A stretch of 64,000 nt of DNA from Thermoplasmata archaeon (GTDB lineage Archaea > Thermoplasmatota > Thermoplasmata > Lutacidiplasmatales > UBA184), in contig JAGWLG010000013.1 of assembly GCA_028864975.1 (NCBI GenBank), positions 2,618 to 66,617 of the forward strand, given 5' to 3'. The position numbers and the translations under genes were made by a program. Below, piece after piece: positions 56,437-64,000 of the stretch (its first letter is position 1; every line of letters starts with the position of its first letter). The notes under the pieces were generated by a model. It saw nothing but the letters and a program-made list of their open reading frames with translations, searched no databases and was not told the origin of the DNA.

Positions 56437-59400
56437 CTACGAGGGTGGAAAGCCAGGAGACCCAGGCGGAGGGGTCGCATGCTCGGGAGGCGTCGCTCTC
56501 CCCCGTCGCCTCCGAAGGACGACGAGGACCACGACCGCGGCGAGGATGGCCGCAAGGACGCCGGCGATGAGGAGGAGGCTCGCGGTGGGGCTGAGGCCGA
56601 GGAAGGAGAAACCACCCGTCGGCGGAGTCTCGGCAGGGCACTGAGAGGGCGAGCCGAAACTGACGGTCAGGTTCTTCCAAGCCCGATGCCCGGATGAATC
56701 GGCCACCTGGAGGTCCGCCTGAGTGCCGGCGACGTTGAGGCCGCCGTAGGTGTACGTGAGGGTAGCGTTCCGACCTGAGGCGCCGCTGTTGTTCATGGTG
56801 AAGATCCAGAAGAATGAGTACGCGGGTACTCCGCCGCGGGCATTCCCCGCGAACGCGAAGGCTTCGGAAAGGGTGGTGCAGCTCCACGGAGAGACGACTG
56901 TCTCATTCGCGAAGGCAACGAGTGGCGGAGGGGACGACCGCGAAGGTGCCCTGACCGCAATCGCGACCGCGTTGCTCCCTGCGACCTCGGTGGCGGAGTC
57001 CGTCGCCCACACGCGGTAGGTGTAGGTGCCGGGATGGGACCAGGAGAGAGTGGCTGCGGTGCAGCCGGTCTGGGATGTGTTGGTGCTGTTGAGGGACCAG
57101 GCGCAGGCATAGGGCGGGGCTCCTCCCGAGACTGTCGGGGTCAGTCTGACGAGAGAACCTACCGTGGCGGAGGTCGCGTTGGCCGAAAGGGAAACCGAGA
57201 GCGGGGGCGGCGGTCCGCTGGCCGTGTAATTGGCGAAGAGCGTCCCCGCTGCCCCGACCGAGACGTTGACCCACGTCCCGATGTAGGCGACACGCTGAGA
57301 GGGGAAGGCGTAAAGCCACGCGCGGAACGGATGACTCGCGCACGCAGGGGCACGCGCCGCGTAGGTCGACCCGAGGAAGCTCGCCGAGGTGCCGTTCGTC
57401 TGAGAGGTACCGTTGAAGGAGACCGGACCGCAGGGGGAGGGGGAGATGGAGAAGGTGAGGGTGTAGTGGCCGGGCGGGGGGGCGCCGTTGTAGATCTCCG
57501 TCAGCGTCCCGTTGGAGGAGACCGAGATGTTGACCCACGCGGTCGCGAAGCTCTGACCTGGACCCCTGGCGGGCTGCCAGACCCACCCCGTGGGGGTGCA
57601 TCCCGCTCGCGCGAGGTCCTTCGCCAGGTACGTTCCCGACGGATAGTAGCCGGTCGTAGCATTCGACCAGTAGGTCCCGTTGAAGTCTACCGGCTGGCAG
57701 GGGAACGGGTGCACGAAGAAGTGGAGGGTGTACCACGGCGCGGGACCCCAGACGTAGGTCGCCGTAACGGTCCCATTACCCAGGACGTCGAGGCTCGTGG
57801 AGTTGGAGGCGGACGAACCATGGACCCAGCCTCCGGGGGTCGAGAACGACCAAGACCAGTTGTAGAAGGTGAAACCGGGGCACCGGCTCGCGACGATTGG
57901 ATAGTTCCCGGCTTTGGCGACCCACTGGCTGTTGTTGGACGCGTAGGTCCCGTTGAAGGTCCCCGTGCAGACCGAGGGGTCGAAGAGGAGCGTCAGGGAG
58001 TAGAGCTGAGGTGTCGAGGTGATCCGAACGAGGACTGCGCTGCTCGAGACGGTCACGCCGTTCAGCGTCGCGTTGACGAAGAGGTAGGTGATGCCCGCGG
58101 AGCCTCCCGCCGTGAATTTCACGACGCTCCCGGTCGTCGCGTTGAAGCTTCCTAGCGGGTGGTTCATGGACCACGCATAGGCCGTGCCCGCCGGGCACGG
58201 CCCGCCGGTGCAGGTCGGGGTGGCGGTGAAGGACTGCGATCCTCCGGGTGCCAAAATCGCTGAGACCGGAGAGACCGTGACGCCGGTCAGGGTCGCCAGG
58301 GGGAGGGGGGGTTCGACTGTGACGAGAACGGGGTTGCTCTCGGCGGTTTTGGCAGAACTGTCCGTGATGTTGACCCAGACGGTGTAGTTCCCCTTCGCGA
58401 GGTAGGTGTGGGAGGGGTTCGGCGCTGCGCTGGTCGTGCCATCGCCGAAGTGCCACACCCATGACGTATAGCTACCGGTTCCCCCCGCGGCGACCTCCGT
58501 GAAGTTGGTGTGGAACCATGCGGGGCCGTACGTGGTGTTCGCGCTCGCGGTCACTGAGAGGGGAACGGAGGACCCCTCGTTGATGACCGACTCTGTTCCG
58601 ACGGCCGTGTTCGTGCCGACGTACACCTGGTTGGTCGAAGCATCGTAAGCCAGACCATTGGGGAAGGAGGGGAGGGGTGTGCCGCCGACGACTTTGTTGG
58701 TAGCGTCGGAGATCTCGCTCAAGTTCTGGGAACCGGCGTTGGCCACGAAGACCCGACCCAGGCCCGGAGCATAGTCAAGCCCGAAGGGCTGGGTACCCAC
58801 CGGGATGTTCGCGACCACCGTGTCGGTCGCATCCGAGATGACACTGACGTTGTTCGAACCGTGGTTCGTGACGAAGATCTCTCCCTTGGCGCTATCGTAA
58901 ACAGCGCCCTCTGGGTCGACTCCGACCGGGATGGTCGCCACCACCGTGTCGGTCCTGTCGGAGACCACGTAGACGTCGGAGTAGACGCAGGGAACGAAGA
59001 GCTCCCCCCGACCGCTGTCGTAGGCAACGGAGTAGGGGTCGGTGTTGAGGAGCACGTTGCGGAGGATCGTGTTGTTGGCGTCGGCGATCACGTCTAGGGA
59101 GTTCCCTGCGGTCGCGAAGATCTGGTTCGCTCCCGGGTCGTATCCCATCGCGTTCAGGTAGTTGCTCACGCCGGTCAGCGATGCGACGACCGTGTTCGAG
59201 CTGTCGTTGATGACGCTGATGCTGTTGGAGTTCGCGTTGGCCACGAAGAGCTCGCCGCGACCGGGGTCGTACGCGATTCCCGAAGGCGCCGCCCCCGTGG
59301 GGATGCCCGCCACGGTCTTCTCGGTCGATGCCGAAATGACCGTCACATTCCCTCCCACCATGCTCGTCACGAACACTTCCCCCTTGGCTCGATCGTAGAC

Positions 59401-59643
59401 GGTGTCGAACGGCTGGCCCCCGACGGTGATGTTGGCCACAACGCACCCAGTGCAGGAGGGGGTATCCGACGCCGACGCACCCTCGGCCACAGCGCTCGGG
59501 CGCTCCACACTGGAAGGACCCCGTTCGGGCGGTCCGGCCAGCACGTGGCCGGTGAGCGGAACACCCCAGGGGGCCATCAACAGAAGGACACTCCCGAACG
59601 AGAAGCCCGCCACGAGGAGGGCCCGAACGCGATCGTGCCTCAA
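56437..59643 (-). CDS. Very large exported surface protein, paralogue of 53002..56373 (YVTN propeller, PKD, Ig-like, beta modules, TM)
   Basis: It has a TTG start and the signal RALLVAGFSFGSVLLLMAPWG. Classic YVTN repeats are present (PSGIAYDPGRGELFVANANSNSISVI; PEGAVYDSAKGEIFVTNHGSNNVSVI; PFGLDYAPGLGRVFVANAGSQNLSEI). The PKD module is WVWHFGDGTTS...SHTYLAKGNYTVWVNITD and the Ig-like module is TCTGGPCPAGTAYAWSMN. The TM is LLLIAGVLAAILAAVVVLVVLRRRRGR. Confidence 0.9.
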   Translation of the reverse strand: MRHDRVRALLVAGFSFGSVLLLMAPWGVPLTGHVLAGPPERGPSSVERPSAVAEGASASDTPSCTGCVVANITVGGQPFDTVYDRAKGEVFVTSMVGGNVTVISASTEKTVAGIPTGAAPSGIAYDPGRGELFVANANSNSISVINDSSNTVVASLTGVSNYLNAMGYDPGANQIFATAGNSLDVIADANNTILRNVLLNTDPYSVAYDSGRGELFVPCVYSDVYVVSDRTDTVVATIPVGVDPEGAVYDSAKGEIFVTNHGSNNVSVISDATDTVVANIPVGTQPFGLDYAPGLGRVFVANAGSQNLSEISDATNKVVGGTPLPSFPNGLAYDASTNQVYVGTNTAVGTESVINEGSSVPLSVTASANTTYGPAWFHTNFTEVAAGGTGSYTSWVWHFGDGTTSAAPNPSHTYLAKGNYTVWVNITDSSAKTAESNPVLVTVEPPLPLATLTGVTVSPVSAILAPGGSQSFTATPTCTGGPCPAGTAYAWSMNHPLGSFNATTGSVVKFTAGGSAGITYLFVNATLNGVTVSSSAVLVRITSTPQLYSLTLLFDPSVCTGTFNGTYASNNSQWVAKAGNYPIVASRCPGFTFYNWSWSFSTPGGWVHGSSASNSTSLDVLGNGTVTATYVWGPAPWYTLHFFVHPFPCQPVDFNGTYWSNATTGYYPSGTYLAKDLARAGCTPTGWVWQPARGPGQSFATAWVNISVSSNGTLTEIYNGAPPPGHYTLTFSISPSPCGPVSFNGTSQTNGTSASFLGSTYAARAPACASHPFRAWLYAFPSQRVAYIGTWVNVSVGAAGTLFANYTASGPPPPLSVSLSANATSATVGSLVRLTPTVSGGAPPYACAWSLNSTNTSQTGCTAATLSWSHPGTYTYRVWATDSATEVAGSNAVAIAVRAPSRSSPPPLVAFANETVVSPWSCTTLSEAFAFAGNARGGVPAYSFFWIFTMNNSGASGRNATLTYTYGGLNVAGTQADLQVADSSGHRAWKNLTVSFGSPSQCPAETPPTGGFSFLGLSPTASLLLIAGVLAAILAAVVVLVVLRRRRGRATPPEHATPPPGSPGFPPS

Positions 59644-59706
59644 ACCTGGCTCCCGTTCGCGGGCGTGCGCGCCCGCTCCTCCTCGATGGGCAGGGGGGCT
59701 ATTTCT

Positions 59707-59729
59707 CCCCTCGCCCGCCGGGCGAGGGG
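59707..59729. other. GC-rich hairpin between two minus-strand genes
   Basis: The sequence is cccctcgcccgccgggcgagggg, with a stem of about 10 bp and a 3-nt loop. It lies 116 nt downstream of 59845..60564 and 64 nt upstream of the start at 59643. Confidence 0.6.
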
Positions 59730-59844
59730 CCTCTCGAGGGGTCGAGAAAGAGGAGGGGCCCGGGAAGTGGGCCCGGCGGTGAGAGGCGGGCCCGTGCCGT
59801 CGGCCTACCGCGGGGGCCGTCGCAACCGGGCGATCCCGGGGCCG

Positions 59845-60564
59845 TCAGGCGGGCCCCAGGTCGACCACGTTCACCGTCACCTCGTAGCCCGCGACGGAGA
59901 TGTTCTGCGAGCTCAAGATGAAAGAGATCACGTAGAACCCGGCGAACATGGTCCCGGTCGCCGTGCAGCTGCTGGAGTCGTTCAGCAGGTCGCACCAGAG
60001 CCCCGTCGGACCGAGCTGGGTGGAGTTCGTGAGGTCGGTGCTGCAACTCATCTCGGAGGAGGGACAGGCGGGGGAGGTCTCGAGCGTCACGCTGACCCGG
60101 GAGGACGTGCCGGCCTTCCCCGGCACGGTGAGCCCATCCTGCCAGATGACGCAGTGTCCCGTCCCGCAGAGCGTGTCACCGGTCCAGATCCGGTGACAGG
60201 AGATCGCTCCGGCGAGGCAATAGTTCGGAGGGGGCGGGGGGGAGTAGGTGAAGCGCGCGACGGTGCCCGCCACCACCAGGAGGGCCAGCACCAAGAGCAC
60301 CCAGAAGAGGGGGCTCCTACGCCAGGCACCCCGATGGAAGAGGGCGTCGAAGGGGCTCGGGGCGTACCTCGGGAGCACCGACGGGCCGTTGCTGACCACC
60401 CAGTGCGTTGTCCGAGGGGGGCGTGGTGGGTCCTCGGTGGGGGGCTCCTCCAGCGTGGAAACGAGGCGCGTGGGCGGAGGGCCCAGGGACGCTCCACAAG
60501 CGCGGCAGACCCCCTCCTCCCCGAAGTGGACCTGGCCGCACCGGGGGCAGACGCGCGTGGTCAA
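59845..60564 (-). CDS. Zinc-ribbon / single-TM / Cys-rich ectodomain protein
   Basis: It has a TTG start. The N-terminus is VCPRCGQVHFGEEGVCRACGASLG, the TM is LFWVLLVLALLVVAGTVA, and a Cys-rich extracellular domain follows. The architecture is the same as 47617..48189. Confidence 0.7.
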   Translation of the reverse strand: MTTRVCPRCGQVHFGEEGVCRACGASLGPPPTRLVSTLEEPPTEDPPRPPRTTHWVVSNGPSVLPRYAPSPFDALFHRGAWRRSPLFWVLLVLALLVVAGTVARFTYSPPPPPNYCLAGAISCHRIWTGDTLCGTGHCVIWQDGLTVPGKAGTSSRVSVTLETSPACPSSEMSCSTDLTNSTQLGPTGLWCDLLNDSSSCTATGTMFAGFYVISFILSSQNISVAGYEVTVNVVDLGPA

Positions 60565-60683
60565 CGCCCGCTTTGAGCGGGCCTCGACCTGATAGAGCTG
60601 CCGCCCGGCGAGAGCGGTGGCCGGCGACCGCCGGACCGCGAAGGGCGAGTACTGCTCCTGGCCCGGAGACTACAGTAGCCGGA

Positions 60684-60920
60684 CTACTCCCAGCGAACGT
60701 CCCTCGGCTGCGCCGCGTTCGCTGCCACCGCTCCAATGGTGGAGGCGGCGATCCCGACGAGCGCCAGATCGAGGAGAAGCCCTCCGACGTCGTCGCCGGA
60801 CCTCCGTCTGGGCCGTCGGGGAGGGGGTGGTGGGGTGTCCGGGATGACCACCTGAGCTTCGCGAAGCACGCCTGGGCCCGCGGCGGTCACGGCGTGGATT
60901 CGCCCGGTGATCCTCTCCAC
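60684..60920 (-). CDS. Small hypothetical protein with C-terminal hydrophobic segment (doubtful)
   Basis: The GTG at 60920 lies inside track ORF 60684..61037. The first about 39 codons of the track ORF read through the left-end hairpin of the adjacent IS, so they are unlikely to be native. Confidence 0.3.
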   Translation of the reverse strand: MERITGRIHAVTAAGPGVLREAQVVIPDTPPPPPRRPRRRSGDDVGGLLLDLALVGIAASTIGAVAANAAQPRDVRWE

Positions 60921-60963
60921 CGTACCTCTACGACAGATGGGGGGATCGGGGGGAGGAGCAGAG

Positions 60964-60983
60964 CCCCCGTTTTCAAACGGGGG
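60964..60983 (+). repeat. Left-end subterminal palindrome
   Basis: The sequence is cccccgttttcaaacggggg, with stem CCCCCG/CGGGGG plus inner TTT/AAA pairs. Confidence 0.8.
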
Positions 60984-61136
60984 GTACGACCTCCCCCCGA
61001 CCCGTCCAGGGACCACCTTCGGTCCAGAGCTCGACACGGGAGCACCTTACAGGTCACGCCGTACCACGGCGACGTTATGCCCGCTGGCCGCCCATGAGCG
61101 CCCGGGAGACGCTGCCCGTCCGCTCTCCTCCGCCCC

Positions 61137-62366
61137 ATGCTGACCGCCGTGAAGTTCCGCCTCTATCCTTTCCCGGACCAGGCGCGGGAGCTCGACCGTC
61201 AGCTCTCCGAACTGAACTCCCTCTGGAACCACGCCCTCGAAGAGCGGTGCGCTGCGTGGAAGAAGGAGAGGCGGTCCCTCACCTTCGTCCAGCAGTGTCA
61301 GGAGCTGACCCGGTGGCGGAACTTCGACCGGGAGGGTCTCGGGAGGGTGAACGCCCAGGTCGCGCAGGAGTGCCTGGCCCGCCTGAACGACGCGTTCCAG
61401 CACTTCTTCCGCAGGGTCAAGAGCGGGGAGGCTCCCGGGTTCCCTCGCTTCAATCGGGAGACCACGTCGCTGACCTATCCCCAGGCCTACGACTCCGTGA
61501 GGCTCGTCCCTGGGAGGAACGGGACGCGAAGGCTCTCCCTGTCCAGGGTGGGGGACCTTCCGATCGAGGTCCACCGGGAGCTTCCCGCGGGCCGTACGAA
61601 GACCTGCACGGTCGAGCGGGAGGGAGACCGATGGTATGCGGTCCTGATCGTAGAGATGGCGGACCCGGTCCCTCCCCCCGACCTTCCTCCCCGCCATCCC
61701 TTGGGCGTGGACCTGGGACTCTCTCGCCTCGCCACGCTGTCGACCGGGGAGGCGGTCGAGGCCCCGAGGTTCCTCCGACGCTCGGAGGTCCAGCTGAAGC
61801 GCCAGCAGCGGAGGCTCTCGAGGAAGCGGAGGGGCTCCCACAACTGGCGGAAGCAGAAGGCGAGGGTCCAGCGGTGCCACGCGAGGGTCCGGGACCAGCG
61901 GCGCGATCTGGCGCACCAGCTCACGTCGACCTGGGCGCGAGAGCACGACCTCATCGCCTTCGAGGACCTGGACGTGAGGTCGCACCTCATGGGCCCCTTC
62001 TCCAAGTCCACCGCCGACGCGGGTTGGGGGATGCTGCGTCGGTTCGCCGAGTACAAGGAAGCGCGCCGGTCGGGCCGGTACGTCGAGGTGCCGTCGAAGG
62101 GGACGACCCAGAGCTGCTCGGCGTGCGCACGGCCGCATGACCCGCCCCTGACGCTCCGGGACCGCACGTACGAGTGCCCGTGCGGTCTGCGGCTCGACCG
62201 AGATGTGAACGCGGCGAGGAACGTGCTCGCCCGCGCCCTCGCCATCGTAGGGGGGGATACCCCCGAAGTGACGCCGGTGGAGATCGGACCTCCGGTGGCC
62301 CGCAAGGGCCGCCGCGTCCGGTCCATGAAGCAGGAACCGCCCTCGGCCGTGGGTGCGAGCACCTGA
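61137..62366 (+). CDS. tnpB: TnpB RNA-guided endonuclease (IS200/IS605 OrfB), catalytic triad intact
   Basis: 409 aa. The N-terminus is MLTAVKFRLYP. RuvC-I is PLGVDLGLSRLA, RuvC-II is LIAFEDLDV, the zinc finger is CSACA...CPCG, and RuvC-III is LDRDVNAARNVL. Confidence 0.95.
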   Translation: MLTAVKFRLYPFPDQARELDRQLSELNSLWNHALEERCAAWKKERRSLTFVQQCQELTRWRNFDREGLGRVNAQVAQECLARLNDAFQHFFRRVKSGEAPGFPRFNRETTSLTYPQAYDSVRLVPGRNGTRRLSLSRVGDLPIEVHRELPAGRTKTCTVEREGDRWYAVLIVEMADPVPPPDLPPRHPLGVDLGLSRLATLSTGEAVEAPRFLRRSEVQLKRQQRRLSRKRRGSHNWRKQKARVQRCHARVRDQRRDLAHQLTSTWAREHDLIAFEDLDVRSHLMGPFSKSTADAGWGMLRRFAEYKEARRSGRYVEVPSKGTTQSCSACARPHDPPLTLRDRTYECPCGLRLDRDVNAARNVLARALAIVGGDTPEVTPVEIGPPVARKGRRVRSMKQEPPSAVGAST

Positions 62367-62380
62367 CGGCCGGGAGGAAG

Positions 62381-62400
62381 CCCCCCGTTTCAACGGGGGG
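62381..62400 (+). repeat. Right-end subterminal palindrome
   Basis: The sequence is ccccccgtttcaacgggggg, with a 7-bp stem and a TTTCAA loop. It is closely related to the left-end palindrome. Confidence 0.8.
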
Positions 62401-62406
62401 AGGATA

Positions 62407-62610
62407 TCACTCGCTCGAGATCTCCAGCCGTTCGCGTTCGATCTCTCGGCGAACGAGCTTGTCGTTCTTGAAGTGTTCCGTTACTCGCTCGCGAACGATG
62501 GCCTTCACGCCGGCCTCGCGCAGGGTCTTAGGGTCGAGCATCAGCCCCCGGCGCCCGCTCGGTAGAGTGACGAGCTCGACCGACGACTCTTGAGCGGATC
62601 CCTCAGCCAC
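62407..62610 (-). CDS. Small AbrB/SpoVT-like protein (putative)
   Basis: 67 aa. VELVTLPSGRRGLMLDPKTLREAGV resembles the looped-hinge-helix swapped-hairpin motif. It overlaps the upstream 400-aa gene by 8 nt, and its stop codon abuts the IS right end. Confidence 0.5.
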   Translation of the reverse strand: MAEGSAQESSVELVTLPSGRRGLMLDPKTLREAGVKAIVRERVTEHFKNDKLVRREIERERLEISSE

Positions 62611-63805
62611 GCGTCTTCACCTCGATGGCAATGTTCCGGTTGTAGGAGGTCGTGATCACACCAGGGTCGTGAGGGTCCATGTCCTGGACAAGCCGTTCAT
62701 CGAAGCTGCGGTGGAGGGTGAAGCCTTTCGCACCCGGGGGCGGAAGGATCGGGCTCCGGAGCGGAGCTCGGTCCAGCGCTCCAAGGATCGATCGGAGGGC
62801 ACGGAGGCCCTCGACCGCCAGCTCGGCCTCGACAGGGAAGGCCAGGTCGGGCTTCTCGACCAAGAACGCCTCGGTCGTCTTCCTGCCGGAGTGGGGAAGC
62901 TGCTCTGGCTCCACCGTGACAGGAGCAGGGGAGGTTGCGAGCGGAAGAGGCGCGATCGTCCTCTCGCCGGTAACGGTCTGCCAGAGCTCCTTGAAGGCCG
63001 CCGTGGCTCTTGGATCCGCATCTCGCAGCCAGCTCTCGGTGGCATGCTCTTGGAAGCGGGTGAGCCAAGACAGCACGGTCACTCGAGAACCCTCGTCAAG
63101 GCCGAAATGACCGAGCAGAAGCTGAAGCTGTCCTGACACAACCGATGCCCCGGCCAAGAAGAGCAAGAGGGAGGTCCAATCCTCAGGACCGGGAATCTCG
63201 AGTTCGCCCGGCGGAACGCGGAGAGAGGTCAGAACACTGTTCGTTGTGGGCGTACCGCTACGCCCCAGCGTGGACTCGATGGACGCTCGGATCCGCCGGT
63301 CCCGGCTGGCAAGTCCCCAAGTCTCGTCGAGGAGCAGCTGGAGCTCGTTGCGCAGGTCTGACCTGTCGGGCTCGAAGATGTGAGGCAGAACCTCCAGATC
63401 CACGGGGACGTCGGGCTTGGAAAGGCGGAGAAAGAGGCGCTCCTCCCTCGGAGCCACGCCGGCCTCTCGGAGCAGGTCGTGAACCCTCGCTCTGGCCCTG
63501 TCCTGATCACCTTCGTCGAGAGAGAATCCCAACTTCTCCATCTGCTCCAGTACCTCGCCCCGGGTGAGTCCGCACGCCTGCGCGACGGCCCCGATGGTGT
63601 AGTGTCCAAGCTCGAACCGCTTCTCCAGAGCGCGAAGCAGCGCCACGTGCTGGGAGGTCTCCACCTTGTCCTTCAAGGCGTCGAAGACGACCTCGGAGAC
63701 CGATGCGACCTTCTCGCGGGCCGCAAGCTCCTTCGCCTTCTCCCACACCTTCGTGTCGACCACGAAGAGCGTGGTGCGCGCCTCCTTGGGCGCTCGCTTC
63801 CTCAT
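62603..63805 (-). CDS. Uncharacterised protein: N-terminal RHH-like and UPF0175-like antitoxin-type modules fused to an approximately 270-aa unknown domain
   Basis: The ATG at 63805 is used (a GTG is at 63808). The RHH-like module is TTLFVVDTKVWEKAKELAAREKVASVSEVVFDAL and the UPF0175-like module is GHYTIGAVAQACGLTRGEVLEQMEKLGFSL. I did not recognise the remainder. A strongly AT-rich promoter region lies upstream (63810-63890). Confidence 0.7.
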   Translation of the reverse strand: MRKRAPKEARTTLFVVDTKVWEKAKELAAREKVASVSEVVFDALKDKVETSQHVALLRALEKRFELGHYTIGAVAQACGLTRGEVLEQMEKLGFSLDEGDQDRARARVHDLLREAGVAPREERLFLRLSKPDVPVDLEVLPHIFEPDRSDLRNELQLLLDETWGLASRDRRIRASIESTLGRSGTPTTNSVLTSLRVPPGELEIPGPEDWTSLLLFLAGASVVSGQLQLLLGHFGLDEGSRVTVLSWLTRFQEHATESWLRDADPRATAAFKELWQTVTGERTIAPLPLATSPAPVTVEPEQLPHSGRKTTEAFLVEKPDLAFPVEAELAVEGLRALRSILGALDRAPLRSPILPPPGAKGFTLHRSFDERLVQDMDPHDPGVITTSYNRNIAIEVKTRG

Positions 63806-64000
63806 CACTATGTAAGAACAGGAACAAGCATAAGTAGCCTATGATTCATTTTACTGCAACGTTGCCATGTTTAAATAATGGCTCACCCTGGCAGTTCCGT
63901 GCGAATGACGACAGTTGGAGGTCCAGGGGAAGGTGGCTTCCAGTGACCCTCCGCGGACTCCTGCAAGACCCGAGCCCGTAGTCCGGCTTCCCCGGCCCCC

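Larger units (their letters stand above)
60950..62405 (+). mobile_element. tnpB-only IS200/IS605-type element (IS1341-like), approximate ends
   Basis: Near-identical GC-rich palindromic hairpins lie about 150 nt upstream of the tnpB start and 15 nt downstream of its stop, which is the expected LE/RE subterminal architecture. There is no tnpA in the window. The exact termini are not determinable by eye. Confidence 0.75.

Overview
A visibly GC-rich archaeal chromosomal segment. Archaeal markers are Nop5, Dph2, GyrB, a class II HMG-CoA reductase, and AT-rich TATA-like boxes about 26-30 nt upstream of start codons, which implies leaderless transcripts. A Thermoplasmatota-like euryarchaeon is my inference only. 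I support about 60 protein genes. Housekeeping genes include a DtxR-family repressor with a metal permease, a methyltransferase, an SDR, nop5, a lipoate ligase-like gene, mtaD, intein-containing gyrB, VIT1, grpE, hmgA, pdxT, ClC, MFS and dph2. Interleaved with these are (i) five very large exported, C-terminally membrane-anchored proteins, of which two are sedolisin/S53-type proteases with PKD modules and three are adhesin-like proteins with YVTN propeller, PKD and repeated beta modules, and (ii) two accessory islets rich in toxin-antitoxin modules (32.0-34.6 kb and 42.3-47.4 kb). There are two different tnpB-only mobile elements. One (43004-44401) is bounded by 27-nt inverted repeats, and its TnpB has Gln where the third RuvC Asp is expected. 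The other (about 60950-62405) has matching palindromic hairpins at both ends. Other points worth a second look: a 165-codon mini-intein in the GyrB Toprim motif, a 437-nt structured intergenic region with a tRNA-like T-loop that I could not fold into a tRNA, a cytoplasmic zinc-ribbon plus PPxY-repeat tail on an extracellular protease, and an uncharacterised operon at the window end (a 400-aa protein with antitoxin-like DNA-binding domains, followed by a small AbrB-like gene). I found no rRNA, no convincing tRNA and no CRISPR array. Many long ORFs in the six-frame track are antisense or out-of-frame artefacts of high GC and are not called. All family assignments come from motif recognition by eye, not database searches.
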